From the NCBI GenBank assembly GCA_035557795.1, contig DATMDM010000166.1, positions 2,735 to 66,734 of the forward strand: DNA of 64,000 nt, given 5' to 3'. A program made the position numbers and the translations under genes. This DNA is from Thermoplasmata archaeon (lineage in GTDB: Archaea > Thermoplasmatota > Thermoplasmata > RBG-16-68-12). Positions 46,845-55,731 of this stretch are shown here, in pieces. Under the pieces are notes generated by a model. That model saw only the letters and a program-made list of their open reading frames with translations. It did no database searches and was not told the DNA's origin. Numbering within the stretch: position 1 is the stretch's first letter; the number at the start of each line of letters is the position of its first letter.

Positions 46845-46863
46845 AACCTTGTTTAAGGTTAAC
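46845..46863. promoter_or_regulatory. Palindromic motif AACCTTgtttAAGGTTAAC, copy 2 (see 4279..4300)
   Basis: 19 nt identical to the 4282..4300 core. Also lies in a divergent intergenic region. Confidence 0.45.
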
Positions 46864-46953
46864 AATTCTGGCGCGGCCATTCTCGTTCCATGGCCTCGTC
46901 TTTCATTGCCGCATCCGAGAACGTTCCATCTGTTGCGCGAAACCGTTTATAGT

Positions 46954-48351
46954 ATGCGAGCGTTCGAGCGCCGACTTATCGATATCATGCAATCGTGGGA
47001 GGAAGAACTCCAAGCGTTTCGCCGGCGGACGAAGAAATCCGCGCAGGCGTGGGAGGCCGCGAAGAAGCGGATCCCCTTCGGGGTCAACAGCAACTACCGT
47101 CTCGTCGATCCGTACCCGCTATACGTTCGCAAGGCGAAAGGCTCGCGGATTTGGGATGCGGACGGAACGGAATACATCGACTTCTGTATGGCCTTCGGCG
47201 CACTGGTCGCAGGTCACAGCCACCCGGTCCTCGCGAAGGCGATGCGGGAGCGGGTGTCCAACGGCACGATCTTTGGTTTCGAGTCGGTCGACGCGGGCCC
47301 ACTCGCGGACCACATCTGCCGGCGGTTCCGGTTGGACCGCCTCAAGTTCTCGATGACGGGCCTCGATGCGACGTTGTTCGCGGTTCGCCTCGCTCGCGCG
47401 GTCACCGGTCGCCGCCGGATCCTGAAATTCGAAGGCTGCTACCACGGATCGCACGACGCTCTCATGGTGTCAATCAAACCGAAGAAAGAGGACTCCGGAG
47501 ATCGAAGGCGGCCGAACCCGGTGCCGTCGTCGAAGGGCCTCCTGCCGGAACTCGTGCAGACCGCGGTCGTCGCGCCGTTCAACGACCTCGCGGCGACGGA
47601 GGCCCTGGCCAACGAGTACGCCGACGACATTGCGGGGATCATCCTCGAGCCTGTGCCGATGAACATGGGCTACGTCCCGCCGAAACCGGGATTCCTCGAA
47701 GGGCTCCGGAAGATCGCGAGTGAGATCGGCGCGCTCCTGATATTCGACGAAGTCAAGACGTGCGGCAAGTGGTACGGCGGGGCGGAGGAGGCGTTCGGCG
47801 TCACCCCGGACCTCAAGGTGCTCGGGAAGGCGATCGGCGGCGGATTCCCGCTCGCCGCCGTCGGCGGATCGAGGTCGATCATGGACCAAGTGGTCCCGGG
47901 TCAGATCGGCCACGCGGGGACGTTCAACGCGAATCCGCTCAGCATTTCCGCGGGGCTCGTGACGATGACGAAGATCCTGACGCGGGCCGGAATGCGTCAC
48001 GCGCAGCAGATTGGCGACGATCTCGCCAAAGGCTACCGCGACATCAGCGGAGACCACGGCCTCGAGATGGTCGTCCAGGCCGGCGGGATCAGCGGGACCG
48101 TGCATTTCGCCCGCCGAGCGGTGACGGATTGGCGGTCGTTCCAAGATGTCGACGTGGGCCGGTGGTGGGGCTACTACACCGCGATGCTGAACCGCGGAAT
48201 CATCCCGATGGCCACGGGCCCGGACGAGCAGTGGACATCCTCCGTCGCGCACACGAAGGCGGACGTCTCGCGGCACCTCGACGCCTTCGAGGACGTCGCG
48301 GAGAGCATGAAACGCGGTCGGGCCGAGATGTCGCTCGTCGAGGCGGTCTGA
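46954..48351 (+). CDS. Class-III aminotransferase (GSA-aminomutase-like paralog)
   Basis: DGTEYIDFCMAFGALVAGHSHP...FEGCYHG...LIFDEVKT. Trimmed to internal M (MRAFERR). Confidence 0.7.
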   Translation: MRAFERRLIDIMQSWEEELQAFRRRTKKSAQAWEAAKKRIPFGVNSNYRLVDPYPLYVRKAKGSRIWDADGTEYIDFCMAFGALVAGHSHPVLAKAMRERVSNGTIFGFESVDAGPLADHICRRFRLDRLKFSMTGLDATLFAVRLARAVTGRRRILKFEGCYHGSHDALMVSIKPKKEDSGDRRRPNPVPSSKGLLPELVQTAVVAPFNDLAATEALANEYADDIAGIILEPVPMNMGYVPPKPGFLEGLRKIASEIGALLIFDEVKTCGKWYGGAEEAFGVTPDLKVLGKAIGGGFPLAAVGGSRSIMDQVVPGQIGHAGTFNANPLSISAGLVTMTKILTRAGMRHAQQIGDDLAKGYRDISGDHGLEMVVQAGGISGTVHFARRAVTDWRSFQDVDVGRWWGYYTAMLNRGIIPMATGPDEQWTSSVAHTKADVSRHLDAFEDVAESMKRGRAEMSLVEAV

Positions 48352-48548
48352 GGCCGCAAGCGAGGCGGTGATCCGAACGCCGCGTCGGAAGTACGGTCGG
48401 ATGATCAAGCCGCTCCCGGTCACGAAGCCGGAGAAGTGTCGATTTTGCAAAGCCGGGAAACCATGTCCGATCCACAAGCAGGAGACGACGGTTTCGCCTC
48501 GATGACAGCCTCAATTGAATCCGCTTTCGAGCGCGACGTGCGGCCCGA

Positions 48549-49136
48549 TTATCGGCGTTCCATCAGGATCGACCAGGCCAGAGGCCGGAAGTCTTCACGG
48601 TCGAGCGTGAACCGGAACTCGTGTGCCTCGAGGATCTTGAAGAGCGGTCCCAGCTCGGTCCGGAATTCCTCCTCGGTCACGACCGGCGGACCGTTGACCA
48701 TCGGCTCTTTGGCGTTCCCCGCGAGGGTCAACCAACGCGTGCCTTTGCGGGTGACGCGTTCGAGCATCTTGAGGAACGCCGTGAGGTTCCCGTTGCGAAT
48801 GCCGTGATAGACGCCTCGGTCGAACACCACTTCGTAGGGTCCGCCGAGATCCATCCGGGTCGCGTCTCCGACGCGAAAGTCAATCTCGATTCCCGCCTTC
48901 CATGCTTTCTCCCGCGCCCGCCGCACCGCCAGCTCGACGTAGTCGACCGCGGTCACCCGATATCCGCGGCGAGCGAATGCGATGGCGTTGGTCCCCGTGC
49001 CACATCCGATCTCGAGAACTGTTTTCCCAGACAACAATCCAGCGTCAGGAACGCGGATTAGTTCCGCGCTCGGCACGCCGGAATCCCATGGGGTGTCGCC
49101 GGTCCGGTATGATTCTTCGAATTCGTCGCCACTCAT
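48549..49136 (-). CDS. Class I SAM-dependent methyltransferase (TPMT/TehB-like)
   Basis: VLEIGCGTGTNA motif I. 195 aa. Confidence 0.65.
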   Translation of the reverse strand: MSGDEFEESYRTGDTPWDSGVPSAELIRVPDAGLLSGKTVLEIGCGTGTNAIAFARRGYRVTAVDYVELAVRRAREKAWKAGIEIDFRVGDATRMDLGGPYEVVFDRGVYHGIRNGNLTAFLKMLERVTRKGTRWLTLAGNAKEPMVNGPPVVTEEEFRTELGPLFKILEAHEFRFTLDREDFRPLAWSILMERR

Positions 49137-49288
49137 CGAATCTCCACCGGCTTTCAGACGCGCATCGACGGATGCCTATTAAGCGCCGAGGGCCGCCGAG
49201 GAAGGCGCGTCCTCGAGGGCCGATAATGAGCGTTGGCTTTTCCCGACCGCGAACGAGAAGGAAGGGCACATCGCGGACAGAGGCACGG

Positions 49289-49690
49289 TCAATGCTCCGC
49301 CGACTCAACCGGTTTGATCTTGCGCCTGTGGTCTGCCACGTAGCGTTGGATCATGTGGCTCTCCAACAGCAGCCGGTCAAAGGTATAGAGCACTGAGCAG
49401 ACAGGGTCCTCGATAGCGCAAGCGACGATCATCGCATCGCAAGGGGTCAGTTCGCGCTCCCGTGAGCGCAATTCCTTCGCCATCGCGAAGACTCGAGTGG
49501 CTTTGTCTCCGAGGCCGTAGGTTACGAGGTTGCCACTCTTGGTCTGCAGTTCGAGGATTCGGGCGACGTCTTGGAGGTCAAGTTTCTTTGGTTCAGTCAG
49601 GACCTCGTTAACGAGTTCCCCGAGGACGATGAATGAGGCGCAGGATTGAAGTTGCTTGCCGCTGTGGAGAAACGGCCGACAGGTTTTCAC
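49289..49690 (-). CDS. PIN-domain nuclease (VapC-like toxin); N-terminus probably extends upstream
   Basis: Conserved PIN acidic motifs DAMIVACAIED and TFDR. The first catalytic Asp motif (LDTDVL) is encoded in frame upstream of the listed GTG start. Confidence 0.5.
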   Translation of the reverse strand: MKTCRPFLHSGKQLQSCASFIVLGELVNEVLTEPKKLDLQDVARILELQTKSGNLVTYGLGDKATRVFAMAKELRSRERELTPCDAMIVACAIEDPVCSVLYTFDRLLLESHMIQRYVADHRRKIKPVESAEH

Positions 49691-49737
49691 GCGGTCGGCG
49701 ACATCGTCCCCCAGGGCGCAGCGCAGGACGTCGGTGT

Positions 49738-50229
49738 CTAGGTGGCACCGGGAACGAGTCCGTGTTTCTTTAGTAATGACAACGCCTCTCTCCCGCGGCC
49801 AACAAGCCAGCCCTTAACCTTGCCGAGGTATGCGATTGCGTCATCTCCTGACGCGTCACGGTTCCTGGTCAAGAACGCGTGCATCGTCGCAGCGGCCTCG
49901 AGCATGTCGTTTCCCGCCTTTATGGCCTCCCGGAGGAATTCGATGGCCGCCGGCGGGAACGCAGGCGGGGGGCCAACAGCAACCTCTTCGGAGTCGAGGC
50001 TCCTGAGGTCGTAATATTGGTTCGCGAGCTTCGGTGAGTACGGACCATGGAAGTAGTCGCCGAACGAGTATTCCTTCGTGGGGCCGTACCCGAATGCCCG
50101 AAGAAAGTAGATTGCCTTCTGAATACGCAGTCGACTCTGAAAAGAGCGTCCGCTGAAATCCTGCGACGTGGCCCTCTTCAGCGCCGCTAGTATTTTGCCA
50201 AGCTCGCGTGTCGGCATTCTCTCGAGCAT
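49738..50229 (-). CDS. Panacea/DUF4065-domain protein (putative antitoxin)
   Basis: RIQKAIYFLRAFGYGPTKEYSFGDYFHGPYSP matches the KLQKLLYF...G...YGP pattern of Panacea/SocA-type proteins. Sits directly upstream of, and overlaps, the PIN gene. Confidence 0.45.
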   Translation of the reverse strand: MLERMPTRELGKILAALKRATSQDFSGRSFQSRLRIQKAIYFLRAFGYGPTKEYSFGDYFHGPYSPKLANQYYDLRSLDSEEVAVGPPPAFPPAAIEFLREAIKAGNDMLEAAATMHAFLTRNRDASGDDAIAYLGKVKGWLVGRGREALSLLKKHGLVPGAT

Positions 50230-50634
50230 CCTCGCGTGCGCGCATACGCGCGCACGCGCAAACAAGTCACCTCGGACCGATATAAAGATATTTACGAGGT
50301 TGCCGAATCCGAACCACCAAGGATCAACCCGATGTCCTCTCCCGAGCAAACGACGCAACACCACACGGTCGCTTACCGCAGGTAAGCCGCGCTAGCATTC
50401 TCTCGCACGCACCGCAGAACGAGCCCCATCACGCGGGGGCGGAAGTGCTTCGGGCTCAGTTGACGGCCGACCGCATCACGGTAACGTCGCAAGCGGCTCG
50501 ACCACGGCGGGCATGAGGGCGTAGGCTGCCTTTGTGCGGGCGCCGTTGTCGGCTCGGCCGAGGACGTGGACATCCCGGATGGCTCTGGTGGTCCACGAAG
50601 AGTATATCGGCCGGACGCAAGATGGCGTCCGGAG

Positions 50635-51957
50635 ATGACCAAGCCCGACTCGGATATCGATCTGGCAGTCAGGGTGAAGGCATCGCACGCGTATGCGGAC
50701 AGGGCCCGACGATCTCTCCCGGGCGGCGTCACGGCTGGCGTGAAATACTTCGATCCGTACCCGATTGCGATGAAGAAGGCGAAAGGATGCCGTCTGTGGG
50801 ACCTCGACGGCAACGAGTACATTGACTACTGCCTGTCCTTCGGCCCCCTCATCCTGGGCCACGGCCACCCGCGCGTCTTGAAAGCGATTCGGGACAGCCT
50901 CGAGTTGGCCGGCACGACAATGTTCGGCACTCCCCACGAACTCGAGGCGACCTATGCGGAACGGCTCCTCCGGATCTTCCGGCCGGACGGGAAGATGCGC
51001 TTCACGATGTCCGGAACTGAAGCGACGGTTCACGCCGTCCGGCTCGCGAGGGCGTACCGGAAGCGTCCGATGATCGCAAAGTTCGAAGGCCACTTCCACG
51101 GCGGTGTCGATGAACTCCTCGTGAGCCACACGCCGTCGAAGGAGGAGGTGAGACGAGGCCTGGTACCGATCTCGGGATCTCGCGGGACGCCTGACTCGGT
51201 CCTGAAGAACACGGTCGTCCTGCCCTTCAACGATCTGGCCGAAACCGAGGCGCGGATTCGGGCCCGCGCGGACCGTCTCGCGTGCGTGATGGTGGAGCCG
51301 GTCGAGCGATCGTACATCGCGCCGGACCCGGACTTCCTGAAAGGGTTGCGGGAAATCACCTCGGACCACGACATCCCTCTCATCTTCGACGAGGTGATGA
51401 GCGGCTTTCGCCTCGGGTTTGGCGGGGCCCAGCACGCGTATCACGTGGCGCCGGACCTCACCTGTCTCGGCAAAATCATCGGAGGAGGCCTGCCTTGCGG
51501 GGCGTTCCTCGGACGTTCGGATATCCTCGACCTCGCGGATCCGGCGAGCGGGGACTTCTTCCAGAGCAGCACGTTTGCCGGGTACCCGATGGCGATGGCC
51601 GCGGGGATCGCGACCATCGATGAACTCGAGAAGCCCGGTGTCTTCGACGCTCTCCTCAAGACGACGCACGCGTTGACCTCCGGACTCGAGGAACTTCTGA
51701 ACGACCACGATGTGCCTGCGGTGGTCCCCGCCGTGGGAACCGTCTTCTCGATCCTGTTTACGAATCGGTTGCCCCGCAACTACCGGGACACGCTCGAAGC
51801 GAACGAAGCACGTCGGAGCGTCCTCGACACCTCCCTGCTGGCCCGAGGGATTTTCGTGAAACCGGGGAAGCCATTCTATCTATCCACGGCCCACGATGAC
51901 GCCGCGATCCGCCAGACCCTCGAAGCGTTCGAGGAGAGCGTGACCGGCCTCGGGTGA
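50635..51957 (+). CDS. Class-III aminotransferase (second GSA-aminomutase-like paralog)
   Basis: DGNEYIDYCLSFGPLILGHGHP...FEGHFHG...LIFDEVMS. Trimmed to M24. Confidence 0.7.
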   Translation: MTKPDSDIDLAVRVKASHAYADRARRSLPGGVTAGVKYFDPYPIAMKKAKGCRLWDLDGNEYIDYCLSFGPLILGHGHPRVLKAIRDSLELAGTTMFGTPHELEATYAERLLRIFRPDGKMRFTMSGTEATVHAVRLARAYRKRPMIAKFEGHFHGGVDELLVSHTPSKEEVRRGLVPISGSRGTPDSVLKNTVVLPFNDLAETEARIRARADRLACVMVEPVERSYIAPDPDFLKGLREITSDHDIPLIFDEVMSGFRLGFGGAQHAYHVAPDLTCLGKIIGGGLPCGAFLGRSDILDLADPASGDFFQSSTFAGYPMAMAAGIATIDELEKPGVFDALLKTTHALTSGLEELLNDHDVPAVVPAVGTVFSILFTNRLPRNYRDTLEANEARRSVLDTSLLARGIFVKPGKPFYLSTAHDDAAIRQTLEAFEESVTGLG

Positions 51958-52788
51958 TCATCGTTGCGGGCCAAGACCCATCATCCCGCGTGCCTCGTCC
52001 GGCGACGCGACCTCCCGTTGGAGATCCTCCGCGAGGTGCCGCGCGCGCGCGACCAACTCCTCGTTTCGGGCGAGGACGCCTTTCTTTAGGTAGAGGTTGT
52101 CCTCGAGGCCCACGCGGACATGGCCGCCCAGGACGATCGCCATCGTCGTCATCGGGAGCTGCATCCGGGACATGCCCGCGACGACGTACGTCGCGGTCGG
52201 CGGGAGCTGATTGCGCATGTGCAGGAGATTCTCCGGGGTCGCGGGGACACCGCCGTCGACGCCCATGACGAGCTGGAAATGGGCCGGTTCCTTCACGAGG
52301 CCCGCATCGATCAGCCGTTTCCCTTGCTGGACGAAGCCGACATCGAAGGCCTCGAGCTCCGGCTTGATGTTCTGATCGAGCATCGTCTTCGCGAGAAACT
52401 GAACCGTCTCCGGTGTGTTCACGTAGACCACGGACGGCTTGCGCCCGACGAAGTTCAGGGTTCCCGTCGTGAGCGAGCCCATCTCCGGGCTCGTCTTCAA
52501 CGGCGTCGCACGATCCTCGTCCGTCTGGCCTGCGATGCCGCTCGTCGAGGTCATGACGACGAGCTTCGTCCGCTTGCGGATCTTGTCGACGCTCTCCCGG
52601 AAAATGTCGAATCGGGATGTGGGACGCTCGTTCTCGTCGCGGCAGTGGACATGGATGATCGCCGCACCTTCTTGCTCGGACAAATACGCGGTCTCTGCGA
52701 TCTCGTCCGGTGTCACGGGCACGTGGGGCGTGTCCTTCTTCCGCGGCACGGAGCCCGTCGGCGCGACCGTGATGATGAGCTTGTCCAT
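51958..52788 (-). CDS. kce: 3-keto-5-aminohexanoate cleavage enzyme family (BKACE/DUF849)
   Basis: N-terminal IITVAPTG and the TIM-barrel motif pattern of BKACE. 276 aa. Confidence 0.7.
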   Translation of the reverse strand: MDKLIITVAPTGSVPRKKDTPHVPVTPDEIAETAYLSEQEGAAIIHVHCRDENERPTSRFDIFRESVDKIRKRTKLVVMTSTSGIAGQTDEDRATPLKTSPEMGSLTTGTLNFVGRKPSVVYVNTPETVQFLAKTMLDQNIKPELEAFDVGFVQQGKRLIDAGLVKEPAHFQLVMGVDGGVPATPENLLHMRNQLPPTATYVVAGMSRMQLPMTTMAIVLGGHVRVGLEDNLYLKKGVLARNEELVARARHLAEDLQREVASPDEARGMMGLGPQR

Positions 52789-52876
52789 GCCTTCCGCCCG
52801 CGCCCGCTACGCGTCGATTCGTAGTAAGGGTTGTGGCTCTTCGAGTGTTTGCCACCGTGCGCGCCGGAACCCTGGC

Positions 52877-54619
52877 CTAGGCGAAGAGGTGGCACGACAC
52901 CTTGACGTCGGGGGCGATGCCCTTCAACTCCGGCTCCGTGAATTCGTGCAATGAAACCCGGATCCCGCCATCCGCACGCTCGATGGTCCGTATCGCCTTC
53001 AGCCCGCGGAACTCCTCCGCCTTCACTTCGATGATTCGACGGATCGACGCCTCGGCGTCCGGAGGCGCGGCCGGCATCGTGAAAACGAGCGGAGAATCCG
53101 CATGAAGGCCCGCGAAGAGTCCCTCCTCCGGCGTACCGGCCGCCAGGTCCTTCAGCTCGTCCACGACCTCCTTGACGGTCCAGCCACATCGTTCGAAGGC
53201 CACGGGGCATCGCGGATGGAACCGGCATCCGGGCGGGATGTCCGAGGGGTCCGGTCGCTCGCCTTTCAGGATGATGCGCTGCCGCCGTCGGTCCGGGTCG
53301 GGGACCGGCACGACGGACACGAGCGCTTTCGTGTACGGGTGCCGCGGATTCTTGATCAGCTCCCGCGTCGGCCCTTCTTCGACGATTTTCCCCAGGTACA
53401 TGACCCCGATGCGGTCCGCGAGGACCCACGCGAGGGAGAGGTCGTGGGTAATGAACAGGTAGGTGAGGCCTTTCTTCTCGCGCAGCTCCAGGAGCAGCTC
53501 GAGGATCTCCGTGCGGATCGACACGTCGAGCATCGAGACGGGCTCGTCGGCCACCAGGAACTCGGGATCCAGGACGAGGGCGCCCGCGATCGACACGCGC
53601 TGTCGCTGGCCTCCGGAGAGCTCGTGCGGATATCGGAACAGGAAGTCCCGCGGCGGTCGCAAGCCTGCGTCGGATAGGGCCTGCTCGACCCGCGCTTCGG
53701 TCTCGGCGCGGTTCCGGCTGAGTCTATTCACGATCAGCGGCTCCGCGACGATGTCGTACACGGAGTGTTTCGGATTCAGCGACTCGTACGGATCCTGGAA
53801 GATGATCTGGAGCTTCTGCCGCAAGCCTTGGATCTTGATCCCCTCGAGGCCCTCCTCCCGCAACCGGTTCCAAATGAGGACCCGGCCGACGAGGACCGCG
53901 ACGACGAACGCGAAGAGAGTGCCACCGAGCATCGCGACGGTCTGAACGCCCCACACCTGGGATTGATACAGCCCGCCCGCGTCGATGTACCCGGAGAACA
54001 CGAGGCCAAGGTACGTGCTCACGTTGAACAAGAGGACCGCAAGGCCCCCGAGGACGGTCGTGGTCCGCGGCGTCGGCCGAGTCGGCGGGATGCTCCCGAA
54101 ATAAGCGACCAGGAGGGCGACAATCAGCCCGTAGCCGATGTAACTCAAGCCGTTCGTGAAGGGGAGATGGAACACCGACGCGGAGACGAGCGCGGGCAAT
54201 GCCGTCGCGATCAGACCTGCGACCGCGATGACGATCCCGAGGAGGACGAAGTGCGGGATGGTCCAGGGCCGGTCTTCTTTCCAGGAGAGGGAGTGCTGCC
54301 GGCGAATCGTCTCCAGGTCCGCGGAGCCGTGGCCCGCTTTCGCGGCCTCGTAGTCGTCGAGGACGTTCTTCGGCACCCCGACGAAGACGTCGCCCCCGGT
54401 CGGCGGGACGAGCCTCAGGATTCCCTTGCCCGTCGTCGTCTTCCCGCATCCGCTCTCTCCCACGAGGCAGAAGATCTCTCCCCTCCCGACGTCGAGGTCG
54501 ACCCCGTCGACCGCGCGCACGTATTCCGGCGTAGTCTTTCGCAACGCCGCGAGGAATCCCCGGCGCTTCTCGAACCATACGCGGAAATCGCGCAGGACGA
54601 GGTACGGCTCGCGGGTCAC
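52877..54619 (-). CDS. oppF: Oligopeptide/dipeptide ABC transporter ATPase (OppF/DppF type) carrying a ~190-aa multi-helix hydrophobic insertion after Walker A
   Basis: Walker A GESGCGKTT, then a long hydrophobic segment, then IFQDPYESLNP Q-loop, LSGGQRQR signature, Walker B and the C-terminal Opp domain. 580 aa. Confidence 0.7.
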   Translation of the reverse strand: MTREPYLVLRDFRVWFEKRRGFLAALRKTTPEYVRAVDGVDLDVGRGEIFCLVGESGCGKTTTGKGILRLVPPTGGDVFVGVPKNVLDDYEAAKAGHGSADLETIRRQHSLSWKEDRPWTIPHFVLLGIVIAVAGLIATALPALVSASVFHLPFTNGLSYIGYGLIVALLVAYFGSIPPTRPTPRTTTVLGGLAVLLFNVSTYLGLVFSGYIDAGGLYQSQVWGVQTVAMLGGTLFAFVVAVLVGRVLIWNRLREEGLEGIKIQGLRQKLQIIFQDPYESLNPKHSVYDIVAEPLIVNRLSRNRAETEARVEQALSDAGLRPPRDFLFRYPHELSGGQRQRVSIAGALVLDPEFLVADEPVSMLDVSIRTEILELLLELREKKGLTYLFITHDLSLAWVLADRIGVMYLGKIVEEGPTRELIKNPRHPYTKALVSVVPVPDPDRRRQRIILKGERPDPSDIPPGCRFHPRCPVAFERCGWTVKEVVDELKDLAAGTPEEGLFAGLHADSPLVFTMPAAPPDAEASIRRIIEVKAEEFRGLKAIRTIERADGGIRVSLHEFTEPELKGIAPDVKVSCHLFA

Positions 54620-54620
54620 C

Positions 54621-55601
54621 TCACGTCGCCTCCCTCGGCGGCGGCGTCGTGGTGTTCAGGTGGCACGCCGCGAAGTGGCCCTCGCCCACCGGGTCGAGTC
54701 CCGGTTCCTGGTCGACGCAGAGCGGCCATGCGTACTTGCATCGCGGGTGGAAGCGGCAGCCGACCGGCGGGTTGATCAACGAGGGCAACAGGCCCGGTAT
54801 GTACGCCGGCAGGGTCTGCGGCCCCTCGATGTCCGGGAACGCGCCGATCAGGTCTTTCGTGTACGGGTGTTTCGCGTCCTTGTAGACGTCCCGCACGCTC
54901 CCGCGCTCGACGATCTTCCCGGCGTACATGATCGCCATCGAGTCGCACGTCTCCGCCATGACGCTGAGGTCGTGGGAGATCAGGATCATCGACAGGTCGA
55001 GTTCGCGCTTGAGTCGCTCGAGGAGTTCCAGGATCTGCGCCTGGATCATGACGTCCAGTGCGGTCACGGGTTCGTCCGCGATGACGATCCTGGGATTGCA
55101 TGCGAGGGCCATCGCGATCATCACGCGTTGCCGCATGCCGCCGGAGAACTCGTGCGGGTACTCCCGGGCGCGCTCGCGGTGGATGCCGACGAGTTCGAGC
55201 AGCTCGCCGACGCGCTTCATCGCGGCTTCCTTGTCCACCTTGTCGTGGATGACGATCGGCTCCGCGATCTGGTCCCCGATCCGCTTCACCGGATTCAGGG
55301 CGTTCATCGCCCCTTGGAAGATGATCGAGATGTGCTTCCATCGGATCCCGCGGAGCTGGCCCTCCGTGACCTTCGCGAGGTCATACCCGACGTAATCGAT
55401 CGTCCCATCGACGATCTTCCCGTTCGACGGGAGGAGACGCATGATCGACAGGGCAGCCGTCGTCTTGCCGCAGCCGCTCTCCCCCGCGAGCCCGAGGCTC
55501 TCGCCCTCGCCCAAGGTGAAGTCGACGCCGTCGACCGCACGGACGGTCCCCTCCTGGGTCTGGAAATGCGTCTTGAGCCCCTTCACCGTCAGGAGCGGCA
55601 T
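54621..55601 (-). CDS. oppD: Oligopeptide/dipeptide ABC transporter ATPase (OppD/DppD type)
   Basis: GESGCGKTT, FQGAMNALNP, FSGGMRQR, Walker B, C-terminal Opp domain. Starts at MPLLTVKG. Confidence 0.8.
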   Translation of the reverse strand: MPLLTVKGLKTHFQTQEGTVRAVDGVDFTLGEGESLGLAGESGCGKTTAALSIMRLLPSNGKIVDGTIDYVGYDLAKVTEGQLRGIRWKHISIIFQGAMNALNPVKRIGDQIAEPIVIHDKVDKEAAMKRVGELLELVGIHRERAREYPHEFSGGMRQRVMIAMALACNPRIVIADEPVTALDVMIQAQILELLERLKRELDLSMILISHDLSVMAETCDSMAIMYAGKIVERGSVRDVYKDAKHPYTKDLIGAFPDIEGPQTLPAYIPGLLPSLINPPVGCRFHPRCKYAWPLCVDQEPGLDPVGEGHFAACHLNTTTPPPREAT

Positions 55602-55731
55602 TGTTACCGCTCCGCGGAATGGGTCGGACGAGCTCGGGAACCCGTTTTTCGGAGCGTATATCGAGGACGCCGGGAAGCGCCTTAACGTTTTCTCAGACGC
55701 GCACCCAGTTCGAGCGCATCGTATAAGGGGA

